From positions 1 to 24,120 of IMG/VR virus record IMGVR_UViG_3300036943_000252: DNA of 24,120 nucleotides; one strand, given 5' to 3'. Below the pieces are notes generated by a model. It saw nothing but the letters and a program-made list of their open reading frames with translations, had not been told where the DNA came from and searched no databases. Shown here piece after piece: positions 7,453 through 16,867 of this stretch. Numbering within the stretch: the stretch's first letter is position 1; every line of letters begins with the position of its first letter. The position numbers and the translations under genes were made by a program. This DNA is from a virus (taxonomy: Duplodnaviria; Caudoviricetes).

Positions 7453-8508
7453 ATGAAAAGTTTAAAAAGGAATGAGGATATCCAAACAACGCACGATGCG
7501 GCGGAAGGCGGACAAAGTTACTTTTTGTCTATACCGGAAACGCGGACTCCGTGGTTTCTGATGAGTCTTGACTATGCTGATGGGTTCGTGCATTGGGTGG
7601 ATATCGGTGGGCAGGTACGGCGTGTAGTTTGCGCCGGGGGTCTGGATGGAAAGGGGTTCGCTCCTGATGATTGTCCCATCTGTTCATATGTTGTGGGGCT
7701 GTATCAGGAAGCGAAAGAGCTTCGGGAAGCGGGTCACACTGCGAAGGCTGATAAGCTGAAGAATAAAGCCAATCGTATGCGCGGTAAGCTGGAAGTTCAG
7801 TTCAAAGCTATTCGCGGAGCGTTTGAAATCGAACGGGATAGGAAGACTGGAAAGAAAATCAAGGTTGTGTCTTTCGATCAGGAAGATGAGGACCTTGACG
7901 TATCCCCCGGAATTATTGCTCTAAGTAGCTCTCAGTTTGATGGACTTACTGGGCTGATTAAGGGAGAGGATACTCCGTTTATCGAGGTTGGTGATGATCT
8001 TGGTAAGCACTATCTCATTACGAAAAAGGAACGGAAGAAAGGTCGTAGTGGGGGAAAGTACAGTCAGGTTGTTTGGGATGCTGAGGAGGAGGAAGTGTCC
8101 GAGGTACCCGATGTAGAGATTCCAAAGGAGCTTACTGAAATCAACCTGGAAGATAATTTTCAGATCAACGATGAAGAGCTTCAGAAGGTCTATGGGCTTA
8201 TTACTGGGGAATCTTCTGAGGAGCCCGACGATGATGAGGATGTTGAGTTGGAAGAGGACTCCTCTGAAGAGCCGGATGAAGCGTACCTTGATGACGTCGA
8301 AGATGATGATGAGGAGAGTGCGGAGGATGAAGAGGCTGACGAGGAGGTCGATGATGAAGTTCTTGAGTTTGAAGATGACATGCCGGACGAAGAGCCTCCG
8401 AAAAAGAAAAAGGCAATCCCCACCAAAGGAAAGACTGCAAAGCCTATCCCGAAGCGGAATACTGCTAAAACGGCACCGAAACGGAAGTCAGGTAAAACGA
8501 GGCTTTAA
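7453..8508 (+). CDS. Single-stranded DNA-binding protein, T4 gp32-like
   Basis: VHWV...VVC...DCPIC Zn-ligand pattern, long D/E-rich tail, position next to RecA. Confidence 0.7.
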   Translation: MKSLKRNEDIQTTHDAAEGGQSYFLSIPETRTPWFLMSLDYADGFVHWVDIGGQVRRVVCAGGLDGKGFAPDDCPICSYVVGLYQEAKELREAGHTAKADKLKNKANRMRGKLEVQFKAIRGAFEIERDRKTGKKIKVVSFDQEDEDLDVSPGIIALSSSQFDGLTGLIKGEDTPFIEVGDDLGKHYLITKKERKKGRSGGKYSQVVWDAEEEEVSEVPDVEIPKELTEINLEDNFQINDEELQKVYGLITGESSEEPDDDEDVELEEDSSEEPDEAYLDDVEDDDEESAEDEEADEEVDDEVLEFEDDMPDEEPPKKKKAIPTKGKTAKPIPKRNTAKTAPKRKSGKTRL

Positions 8509-8510
8509 TT

Positions 8511-10043
8511 GTGAATCATGAAGATTTGCGTAAGAAGGTGAACGCCGAACTCAAACGTCCGGCGTTTGCCGGATTGACCCAAGAGAGAGGGGAGAGAATC
8601 ACTAATGGGCTTTCATCGGGAAGCATGATGCTGAACGTGGCCCTTAGTGGTTCCCCGTTTGTTGGGTATGTATGGGGTCGGGTTGCAGAAGTATACGGAC
8701 CAGAGGCGTGTTTAGATGCAAATACATTCATTCAATATTCTGTTGTTGGTAAGGATGGAAAGAGGCAGAATCATAAGGGCGGGACAGTACGTCGGTTGTA
8801 CGAGCGCTTTCATGGTATTGCGCGAAGAGGAAAAGGGTTCTACCAAAGGAAAAGTACGGTAGATAGCGAGTTCTTTGTGCCGTCAATTGATTGGAATGGG
8901 TGTGTGTTTTCTAACCGTGTTGCCGATGTAGTGTTTACCGGAAGAAAGAGATGTTTCCTTGTTCGCTCTGTCTCTGGAAAAGAGATTGTTTGTACTGGGG
9001 ATCATAAGTTTTTTACAGGTAACGGGTACACCAGTCTTAGTGAGCTTTATATTGGTTCCACTATTTTTGTTCACACGAATCGGGTGAATGTAGTGGTTGA
9101 AGATTCGATTGAGAGTATAGTTTCGGTAGGGTTTAGAGAGACTTGTGATGTGAAGTGTTTTTTTCCGCATAATAACTATGTGGCAGGTGGATTTGTTGTC
9201 CACAATTCTGGAAAGACTACACTTGCTTTGACTGCGATCAGGGAGGCCCAGAAGCTTGAGGCATCGAGTGGTGAATCTATACCTTGTTTATTCGTTGATG
9301 CTGAATATGCTTTGGATACTTTCTATGCGGAGAGCATTGGTATTGATTTGGACAATCTTACCATTTCACAGCCAGGGTGTGGTGAAGATGCTTTAAACGA
9401 GGTTGAAGTAGGGGTAAAGAATGGGTATCGACTTGTAGTGATAGACTCGGTTGCGGCCCTTACTCCAAGAGCGGAGATAGAGGGTGAGATGGGACAAGCG
9501 CATGTGGGTCTACAGGCCCGGCTTATGAGTCAGGCTTTGAGAAAGTTGACGGGGCTTGTAGCTAAAAGCGGTGCGATTGTTATTTTTATAAACCAGGTAA
9601 GGATGAGGGTTGGAATCGTGTACGGAAGCCCGGAAATTACAAGTGGCGGGCAGGCCTTGAAGTTTTATGCTACCTACCGATTGGAAATACGCTCTCCCAG
9701 ATCGGGGAAGAAAACCGGAAAGACGTTAATGGGATATGGGGACACAGAACAATCGGTTGAGTTGGGTACTGTTGCCAATGTGAAAGTAAATAAAAATAAG
9801 GTTTTTCCACCGCATCGATCTGCAAGCTTCATAATTGAGTATGGGAAAGGTATCGATAAAATATCTGATGCGATAGCCTTTTTGGAGTTTGCTGAGGTGT
9901 TTAAGTCGGAGGGTGGTAAAATAGAAATACCATCGAAGGGAAAATCATATACAGCGCGTGGATTAGCAAAGATTTTACACGAACCTGAAGTACAATCCGA
10001 TGTGATTGATATTATACGTGGTATTGAGGGGGGTGTGGGGTGA
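8511..10043 (+). CDS. recA: RecA/UvsX recombinase with an intein (mature protein about 344 aa)
   Basis: GPEA|SGKTTL P-loop, FVDAEYALD, VIDSVAALTPRAEIEGEMG, GLQARLMSQALRKL, FINQVR, SGGQALKFYA. Confidence 0.96.
   Translation: MNHEDLRKKVNAELKRPAFAGLTQERGERITNGLSSGSMMLNVALSGSPFVGYVWGRVAEVYGPEACLDANTFIQYSVVGKDGKRQNHKGGTVRRLYERFHGIARRGKGFYQRKSTVDSEFFVPSIDWNGCVFSNRVADVVFTGRKRCFLVRSVSGKEIVCTGDHKFFTGNGYTSLSELYIGSTIFVHTNRVNVVVEDSIESIVSVGFRETCDVKCFFPHNNYVAGGFVVHNSGKTTLALTAIREAQKLEASSGESIPCLFVDAEYALDTFYAESIGIDLDNLTISQPGCGEDALNEVEVGVKNGYRLVVIDSVAALTPRAEIEGEMGQAHVGLQARLMSQALRKLTGLVAKSGAIVIFINQVRMRVGIVYGSPEITSGGQALKFYATYRLEIRSPRSGKKTGKTLMGYGDTEQSVELGTVANVKVNKNKVFPPHRSASFIIEYGKGIDKISDAIAFLEFAEVFKSEGGKIEIPSKGKSYTARGLAKILHEPEVQSDVIDIIRGIEGGVG
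8709..9206 (+). mobile_element. Mini-intein (166 aa) in the RecA Walker A motif
   Basis: Starts CLDANT, block B CTGDHKFF, ends VVHN followed by Ser; removal restores GPEASGKT; no endonuclease domain. Confidence 0.93.
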
Positions 10044-10071
10044 TATCTGTGGACGAAAGAGGGGGTACGGA

Positions 10072-11205
10072 ATGTTTATAATTGCGGATATTCATTTAGG
10101 GAAAACTAATGATTCAATTATTACGGAATACGATAAGCCAAGCCAACTTTGTGATAGCATTACCCGTCTGGAGGAGGTAATGTATCTGGCTAGGGATGCT
10201 GAGGAAAGTATTGTGATCGCCGGGGATGTATTTAATCGAGTTAACCCGACATCGGAAATGATTTCGGAGTTCTTCCATTGGCTTTCTTTATGCGGGGATT
10301 ATAAAGTTCCGGTTTATATATTGGCGGGAAACCATGATTCTGGAGTGGACTGGGTAAATACTAAGATGGTTGGCAATGCAAGTATGTCGGGCATTACTGT
10401 AATTAGTGGTTTGGGTACAGTTTCAATACGTGAGCACGGTACGAAGAGGGATATCCTTATGGTTCCCCATTTGCCTTTGGCGGAGCGTCAAAACTTGTAT
10501 GGTAGTGATAACCCCGATTTTGTTATGTGGAATGCTCTAGATAATACCCCCGATTTACGTGATAAGTGTGAGATGTGTATTACTCACGGACAAGTTGTTC
10601 AATCGGATTACACAAACGATATTTTCTTCGAGGCCGGGAATGCTATGGAACTTTATCCAGACTCACTATCTGAATTGAAATTGATGGTTGCCGGGCATAT
10701 TCACGACCATAGGGTATATGGAAAAGTGGTATATCCGGGAAGCTTAACAATAAATAACTTTGGAGAAGTGGATGAGCAGAAGGGTTATTTGCGTGTTAAT
10801 ATTTCAACACTGAAGTGGGAATGGTTTCCTTTTAGCGAGGAAAATGTTACCCCATGGCGCCATGTAGAGATTGATCTTACTGAGAAAGATGAGTCATCTC
10901 TTGACCCGGAAGTTATCGAACGTATTGTTTCGGGGGCTGTTATTAAAATTACGGTGTATGCAAAGCGGTATGGGATAATAAACGAATCATATATACGTCA
11001 GTTGTTTAATCAATATGGTAAAGTTACTCGTTTTGAAACTGTTGTTGTTGCCGATGGCGAAAGTGTAGATGATGTTCAAGAATACCAGCGATTATCTCAT
11101 ATCGATCTGCTACGTAACTTTATTCAGGGAGAAGACGCAAAGGCGGAAATAAAGAAACATGCTATGGCTTTGGGAAAGCCGATTATTGAGGGGGTGGTGG
11201 AATGA
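10072..11205 (+). CDS. sbcD: Mre11/SbcD-family DNA repair nuclease (T4 gp47-like)
   Basis: Metallophosphoesterase motifs ADIHLG, AGDVFN, GNHD, THG, GHIH, YPGS. Start set at ATG 10072 after AGGGGGT. Confidence 0.9.
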   Translation: MFIIADIHLGKTNDSIITEYDKPSQLCDSITRLEEVMYLARDAEESIVIAGDVFNRVNPTSEMISEFFHWLSLCGDYKVPVYILAGNHDSGVDWVNTKMVGNASMSGITVISGLGTVSIREHGTKRDILMVPHLPLAERQNLYGSDNPDFVMWNALDNTPDLRDKCEMCITHGQVVQSDYTNDIFFEAGNAMELYPDSLSELKLMVAGHIHDHRVYGKVVYPGSLTINNFGEVDEQKGYLRVNISTLKWEWFPFSEENVTPWRHVEIDLTEKDESSLDPEVIERIVSGAVIKITVYAKRYGIINESYIRQLFNQYGKVTRFETVVVADGESVDDVQEYQRLSHIDLLRNFIQGEDAKAEIKKHAMALGKPIIEGVVE

Positions 11206-13166
11206 TAAAATCAATTAAACTCAAAAACTTTTTATCATACGAAGATGCTGAAGCGTCATTTGATGGGTCTACTGTATCGATTACTGGAGAGAATGGGGCC
11301 GGGAAAAGTTCTTTGCTTGAGGCCATACCCTATGCATATTTTGGAATTGGCAGAGAGCAGAAGGGTGGAATGAGTCGTATTGGCGGTGATGGATCGCACG
11401 AAGTACGTATTGTAGAGGAAGGTAACGTCGAAATTGTCAGGGGTAGAAAGTCAGGCGGTGCTGGGTATTGCAAAGTGTATTCCGGCGGGTCTTTAGTTTC
11501 CAGTGGCAAAGAGGCCGACGGTTGGATTGAGGAGCATCTTGGAATGAATGCCGATACCTATATGCTTACCGCTTTTTTTGGTCTTCATGATTCTCGCCAT
11601 GATGTGTTGATCCGCGTTCCTCCGGCGTCTCGTTTGGAGACTATGCAGAAATTGGCGGAGATTGGCCCGTATAAGACCTTTTTGAAGAAAGTTAAATCAA
11701 ATCTATCGGAGTCAAACTTTAAGTATGAAAAGCTCCTGTCTATGATAGAGGGTACTGAGGCAGTGATGGTGGATGAGAAAACTATTCGGGAAGGTATTGA
11801 TGCGGCCAATGCTCTTCTATCGGAGAAATCTGAAGAATTGAAAGAGTTGAAGAGGGAGCGGACTGAAAGACAAGTAGAGGAAGAAAAATACCAGGCGTTT
11901 GTGAAAGAGCGGGAGCGTCTTAGTGCGGATCGTAAGAATATTCGAAAAGATATAGAGGCAGTTGAAAGGGACTTGGAAGACCTTGATGAGGAGATGGTAG
12001 AGTCGGGGAACTCTTATGAGTCTGCTAAAAAGTCTATCGAATTATATGAGGAAAAATTGAAAGAGGTCGATATGGACGAATTACGTTCTGATTCCGATAA
12101 TTTGAAAGCAGAGCGTACCGAGTCGTCTCATATGCTTGATCTGAAGAAAATGGCGGTATCTATTTCTGGGGTTAGAAAGTGTCCGTTGTGTGGCTCTACT
12201 ATTGATGATTCTATTTTTATTGCATGGAAGGATGATGTGTCTAAACTTGAGAAACGGATAGACGCTTTGAAGGCCGAGATAGAGTCTACAGAAGCTAACT
12301 ATACGAAGCTGACTGTCATGTCTCGGGATTTGGATTCTACTAAAAATCGTATTGGTATTTATTTGGATACGTTTGAAAAGGCGAAGAAAAAAATGAAAGA
12401 GCTTGAGCGTGAGCGTGGTCGTCTTGAATCTGAATTGGAAAATAAGGAAAACCGTTATATTGATCTTACTGAGAAACTTGGTGAAGAATATTCTGGACTT
12501 CAGAGTCGTATAAAAGAATTGGATGAATATATCGGGACGGTTCTTGGTCAGATAGGGGAGTTGAATGGAGAGATAAAGCATCTTCGTGAGTCTTTGAAGA
12601 AGAGTAAGTCGGCTCAGGAATTGGTCAAAACGTACAGGGCTGAGATAAAGACTGTGGAAAAAGATATATCTGCATATTTACTTTTACAGAATGCGTGGAG
12701 TCGTTATGGCATTCCCTTACAACTTATTCAAGATATGTGTAAGTCTATTGAAGGGCGGTCTACGGCTGTGTATCAGGAGTTTGACAATGGCACAATTGAA
12801 GTGCGTGAAGTAGAGGATCGAGGAAAACCGGGGATAGAGTTTTATTTAATCGATAGGAAGGGGGAGCGTACTTTTGGACAATTGAGTGCCGGGGAGAAGG
12901 TAATGTTCTTTATTTCTATTCGGGTGGCGATTGCTCAGATAGTGGCGGCAAAGAAGAATGTCCAGATTGATTATTTAGTACTTGACGAGGCGATGGGGAA
13001 TCTAAGCGAGAAGAGGCGCGATGATCTTATTCGGGTGGTGAATAAGGTTTTGCGGAAATTGTTTCCACAGGTGCTCATGGTATCGCATACTGAAATGAGA
13101 GATATATTCTCTCAGACTATAAAAGTGTCTGCGGAAAACGGAATATCTATTTTAGAGGTGGCATAA
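11202..13166 (+). CDS. sbcC: Rad50/SbcC-family ATPase (T4 gp46-like)
   Basis: Walker A GENGAGKSS, coiled coils around a CPLCG zinc hook, signature LSAGE, Walker B LVLDE, H-loop VSH. Confidence 0.92.
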   Translation: MIKSIKLKNFLSYEDAEASFDGSTVSITGENGAGKSSLLEAIPYAYFGIGREQKGGMSRIGGDGSHEVRIVEEGNVEIVRGRKSGGAGYCKVYSGGSLVSSGKEADGWIEEHLGMNADTYMLTAFFGLHDSRHDVLIRVPPASRLETMQKLAEIGPYKTFLKKVKSNLSESNFKYEKLLSMIEGTEAVMVDEKTIREGIDAANALLSEKSEELKELKRERTERQVEEEKYQAFVKERERLSADRKNIRKDIEAVERDLEDLDEEMVESGNSYESAKKSIELYEEKLKEVDMDELRSDSDNLKAERTESSHMLDLKKMAVSISGVRKCPLCGSTIDDSIFIAWKDDVSKLEKRIDALKAEIESTEANYTKLTVMSRDLDSTKNRIGIYLDTFEKAKKKMKELERERGRLESELENKENRYIDLTEKLGEEYSGLQSRIKELDEYIGTVLGQIGELNGEIKHLRESLKKSKSAQELVKTYRAEIKTVEKDISAYLLLQNAWSRYGIPLQLIQDMCKSIEGRSTAVYQEFDNGTIEVREVEDRGKPGIEFYLIDRKGERTFGQLSAGEKVMFFISIRVAIAQIVAAKKNVQIDYLVLDEAMGNLSEKRRDDLIRVVNKVLRKLFPQVLMVSHTEMRDIFSQTIKVSAENGISILEVA

Positions 13167-13354
13167 TGAAATACCATAAATGGACGAGGGAAGAGAGGGA
13201 GCGGGTAGCGGAGTATGTTGATTACGCTGAATGGCCTTTATCTCCTCTGTATATCGACAATTTTGCGAAGGAAATTGGGGTATCTGTTAGTTCGGCCCGG
13301 GGAGCTGTAAGCCGTGAAATGGCCCGCAGACGAAGAGCTGAGAAAACGCATTAA
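13166..13354 (+). CDS. Small HTH-like hypothetical protein
   Basis: 62 aa; TAATG coupling with sbcC; FAKEIGVSVSSARGAVSR is HTH-like. Confidence 0.55.
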   Translation: MKYHKWTREERERVAEYVDYAEWPLSPLYIDNFAKEIGVSVSSARGAVSREMARRRRAEKTH

Positions 13355-13727
13355 CGGGTTTACGTATGCTTTGGATGATGGGGATTGGTCGGAAAAAGTA
13401 AAAGACCGGGCGGATGGGAAATGCCAATGGCCCGGTTGCGGGAGTAAGTGGGAATGCTCCCCCCATCATGTATTTGATCGTAGGTATTTAAGCTTACGAT
13501 TAGTTATAGAAAATGGAGTGTATTTGTGTGGGAAACATCATCAACTGATCCAAACGTCGGGGAAATTGCGACCAGAGATGTCAATGCTTCTGGTGGGTCG
13601 GAAAATGTATTTGGCACTACAGGCCGCGCTACAGATTTTTTCGTGCCAGAGACATACCGCCCCCACCAGCGAGAGACAATCGAAGCGATTGAAGCGGCTT
13701 TCGAGCAGGGATATCGGTACGTTATAG
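13314..13727 (+). CDS. HNH endonuclease-family protein
   Basis: VKDRADGKCQWPGC...SPHHVF...ENGVYLCGKHH, a Zn-binding HNH pattern; GGGGAG upstream of GTG. Confidence 0.75.
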   Translation: MKWPADEELRKRINGFTYALDDGDWSEKVKDRADGKCQWPGCGSKWECSPHHVFDRRYLSLRLVIENGVYLCGKHHQLIQTSGKLRPEMSMLLVGRKMYLALQAALQIFSCQRHTAPTSERQSKRLKRLSSRDIGTL

Positions 13728-15145
13728 TTGACGCTCCAACCGGATCGGGTAAGAGTCATATTTCTCGGGCATTCTCGTTTCAATCAAATAGTGCGCATAT
13801 ATTAACTATTCAGAAGCTGTTGCAGGATCAATACCAGAATGATTTTCCCGATATGTTCATTATGAAGGGTCGCAATGCTTACACTTGTAATTATAGTACT
13901 TCGGAGGAGCCATTGACGTGTGCAGAGGGCCCCTGTCAAAAAAAGAAAAGAGACTTATGTAAAGACTGCCCGTATTTAGTAGCTAAGGCCACTGCGCAAC
14001 GTTCTCCGGTCGTTGTGCATAACTTTGATTCCTTCTATTACCAATGTACTTTTGGCGGTTCTTTTTCAGCTCGTAAGTTAATGGTTATTGATGAGGCGCA
14101 TAATATACCCGGAAAGTTTTCAGATTTTATGTCGTTTACTATCGATAGTAAGGGTGGGATAGAGGTTCCAAAATTGCGGTCTTTAGAGGATTATGTGGTA
14201 TTTATTGACTCTGCATATAAAGAGTACAAGTTGATTTTGGAGGCTTTAGATACTGAGTATACTACGATTGGATTGTCGAAGGAAAAGACGAAATATAGGA
14301 ATGAGATTGCCGGTTTGGTGTTTAAGACCGGCAAGTTTCTTCGAGAGATGCAATCGAACAACCCTACTGAATATGTTTTTGATTACTCGGATTCCGGTAG
14401 GAACTCTCCAAAAATTATTGTGCGTCCAGTAAATGCGGGTAAGTTCTCATTCGAATGGCTCACCAATTATGCAGAGCGTGTAATTTTTATGAGTGCTACG
14501 ATCCTTGATCGTGACTTGTTTTGTAATGAGGTAGGTATAAACTCAAATGATGCATATTATATTAGAGTACCTAGTTCATTCCCCCCTGAAAATAGACCGA
14601 TTATTAAGAAATATGCCGGTCGTATGAGTTATAAATACATTGACGATACCCTTCCGAAAATAGTTGAAAAGATAGAAGAGATTGCAGATAGGTTTCCGAA
14701 TAAGAAGGGGATTATACAGACCCATTCAGATAAGATTGCCAAATATCTTGAAGACAATCTCGACGACCCTCGGTTTACTTTCAATTCTCGGTATCCTACT
14801 CCGCAGTCGATGTTGGTTGCTCATAAGATGAAATCCAATTCGATTATTGTAGCGTCTGGGTTACGCGAAGGGCTTGATCTTAGAGGGGATATGAGCAAAG
14901 TTCAGATTTTCTGTAAAGTTCCATATCCAAGCCTTGGTGATAAGGTGGTGAAGAGAAAACTTGAATTGAATGAGCGTTGGTATGGTTGGATTACTACCCT
15001 TATGTTTGTACAGGCGTTGGGTCGATCCGTTCGCAGTTCGAATGAAAAGGCTGTAACATATATACTGGATTCCGGGTTCGGGTATTTCTATACTCGGAAT
15101 AAGCAGTTTATACCTGAGTATATAAAGGATGCGATTGTATGGTAG
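13526..15145 (+). CDS. DinG/Rad3-like SF2 DNA helicase
   Basis: Q motif YRPHQ, Walker A DAPTGSGKS, Cys cluster (C...C...C...CKDCPY, Fe-S-like), DEAH, MSATI, EGLDL, QALGRSVR. Start uncertain (GTG 13526 or 13643). Confidence 0.88.
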   Translation: MWETSSTDPNVGEIATRDVNASGGSENVFGTTGRATDFFVPETYRPHQRETIEAIEAAFEQGYRYVIVDAPTGSGKSHISRAFSFQSNSAHILTIQKLLQDQYQNDFPDMFIMKGRNAYTCNYSTSEEPLTCAEGPCQKKKRDLCKDCPYLVAKATAQRSPVVVHNFDSFYYQCTFGGSFSARKLMVIDEAHNIPGKFSDFMSFTIDSKGGIEVPKLRSLEDYVVFIDSAYKEYKLILEALDTEYTTIGLSKEKTKYRNEIAGLVFKTGKFLREMQSNNPTEYVFDYSDSGRNSPKIIVRPVNAGKFSFEWLTNYAERVIFMSATILDRDLFCNEVGINSNDAYYIRVPSSFPPENRPIIKKYAGRMSYKYIDDTLPKIVEKIEEIADRFPNKKGIIQTHSDKIAKYLEDNLDDPRFTFNSRYPTPQSMLVAHKMKSNSIIVASGLREGLDLRGDMSKVQIFCKVPYPSLGDKVVKRKLELNERWYGWITTLMFVQALGRSVRSSNEKAVTYILDSGFGYFYTRNKQFIPEYIKDAIVW

Positions 15146-15648
15146 ATGATAGATCATATATAGGAATAGATAATGGGGTAAGCGGTTCAATAGCATTCAT
15201 CTCCCCGGATAAAACTGTATTCATGCACACTCCAATTAAGAAAGAGCAGAATTATACAAAGAAAAAGCAGAGTATACAAAGAATAGATTGGAGAGACCTT
15301 TCGATATTTCTTTATTCCTGTGCAGACCATGTATCCGAAATGCCTCGGGTATTTATAGAGCGGCCATTTGTAAATCCCACCGGGTTTAAAGCTACCGCTA
15401 GTGCTTTGCGCTCTTTGGAAGCTACGCTTGTCGTGCTTGAGATGTATCAATTTCCTTATCAATATATTGACTCAAAGCAGTGGCAATCCGAGATGTTGGC
15501 TAAGGGATATAAAGGTACGGCGGAGCTGAAATACGCATCCATGTGTGCGGGTATTAGATTGTGGCCAGAATATGAGGAGGCTATACGTAAGCATAAGGAC
15601 GCCGATTCGTTGTTGATTGCTGAATGGGCAAGGAGGAATAGGCTATAA
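15139..15648 (+). CDS. RuvC-like Holliday junction resolvase
   Basis: YIGIDNG, VFIE, KQWQ and DADSLLIA acidic-residue pattern of the RNase H/RuvC fold. Confidence 0.8.
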   Translation: MVDDRSYIGIDNGVSGSIAFISPDKTVFMHTPIKKEQNYTKKKQSIQRIDWRDLSIFLYSCADHVSEMPRVFIERPFVNPTGFKATASALRSLEATLVVLEMYQFPYQYIDSKQWQSEMLAKGYKGTAELKYASMCAGIRLWPEYEEAIRKHKDADSLLIAEWARRNRL

Positions 15649-15683
15649 ATTATAATAGGAAAGTGGTTTTTTATGTAAAGCTT

Positions 15684-15699
15684 ATTTTGATATCAAAAT
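15684..15699. promoter_or_regulatory. Perfect 16-bp palindrome, candidate operator
   Basis: ATTTTGATATCAAAAT, intergenic, between TATAAT (15651-15656) and the SD of the 15718 gene. Confidence 0.5.
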
Positions 15700-15717
15700 G
15701 GGAAGGGGGGTATAGTT

Positions 15718-15975
15718 TTGGGGTTTAGTAAAGACCTGGATCGGCACGCTGAAAGGTTGGCAAAAAACAAAGAATACATTGGTCGGATACAATATTGTAT
15801 CGATAACGGAGCGGAGCTCAATTCTTGGGAGGATGATTTTTTGGATAGTTTCAAAGATCAGCTTATTGAAGGCCGGGAACCAAGCAGTTTACAACTTCAA
15901 AAATTAGAGGAGATTGAATATGTTTGTGAGTGGGGGAGGAGTGCTTTTTTCGAAGAGTTTGGGTTTCGAGATTGA
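15718..15975 (+). CDS. Hypothetical protein
   Basis: 85 aa, TTG start with strong SD GAAGGGGGGT; LNSWEDDFLDS...LQKLEEI pattern common in small phage proteins. Confidence 0.7.
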   Translation: MGFSKDLDRHAERLAKNKEYIGRIQYCIDNGAELNSWEDDFLDSFKDQLIEGREPSSLQLQKLEEIEYVCEWGRSAFFEEFGFRD

Positions 15976-15984
15976 GGGGTATGT

Positions 15985-16866
15985 ATGAAAAGCTTGTCTG
16001 ATTTCAAGCCATATTCTCGGATGTTCATAGACGGGATGAATCTGTTATCTCGTAGTTATCATGGTATGGTGTCTTTTGAGTACCGCGGTAAGAAGACGGG
16101 TATGTTGTTTGGGGTTTCGCGTCTCGTGCTTCAATGGAGAGACAGTAATCCAGGCATTGATATCTCGTTTTTATGGGAGGGTCGAGATTCATGGAGAAAG
16201 CGGGCACACTCCATATATAAGGCAAACCGAAAGGGGGATTATAACTCTGACGACAGGGATGAGTTTTTTGACTGTGTGGAGAGGGTGCGTGATGCCCTTC
16301 CTTCCATGGGGGTTCGTCAGATAGTTGCCGATTCATATGAGGCTGATGATTTAGCATATTCACTCAGTATGGACACAGGATTAAAGACTATATTTGTATC
16401 CACTGATTGGGATTGGTGGGCTCTTTCGAGACGTGGCGATATTTTGTATAATAATGACATTATGAGTTTTGATGATCTTCAACGTAAGTTTGTGAGGAAG
16501 TATGGTAGTCGGGAGATTGACTTTGAAAAGCTTTGGATTTTCAAAGTATTGACCGGTGATCCATCGGACAATATTAGCGGGGTTCCGAGATTCCCCAAAA
16601 AGTTGGCTGTAGATGTAGCGAATGGGGTAGAGGATGTTACATATGCCGCTTCTTTTTTACGTCAGAATGGTAATGAGGCTTGGGCGAAGAAGGTTGAGGC
16701 ATATAATTGGTTAATATCTAGGAATACTGATTTGATACTCCCCTGTTTTGTTTCCCCGGATGCTATGGACGTTATTGAGGGTTGTTTTGACAGGGACAAA
16801 GTCGGTGAAATACTATTGAAGAGCGGGATTGATTCGCTATACGATAGGTATATTGGGGAGAGTTAA
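15985..16866 (+). CDS. 5'-3' exonuclease / flap endonuclease (T4 RNase H-like)
   Basis: FIDGMN, YKANR, YEADD, STDWD and GDPSDNISGV (H3TH) motifs. Confidence 0.9.
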   Translation: MKSLSDFKPYSRMFIDGMNLLSRSYHGMVSFEYRGKKTGMLFGVSRLVLQWRDSNPGIDISFLWEGRDSWRKRAHSIYKANRKGDYNSDDRDEFFDCVERVRDALPSMGVRQIVADSYEADDLAYSLSMDTGLKTIFVSTDWDWWALSRRGDILYNNDIMSFDDLQRKFVRKYGSREIDFEKLWIFKVLTGDPSDNISGVPRFPKKLAVDVANGVEDVTYAASFLRQNGNEAWAKKVEAYNWLISRNTDLILPCFVSPDAMDVIEGCFDRDKVGEILLKSGIDSLYDRYIGES

Positions 16867-16867
16867 T

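Noticed and set aside
8395-8415. PPKKKK as a eukaryotic nuclear localisation signal
   Set aside because: SD sites, sigma70 promoters and gene content all point to a bacterial host.
13314-13727. Group I intron around the HNH gene
   Set aside because: No interrupted gene: flanking ORFs are complete and there is no non-coding space for an intron core.
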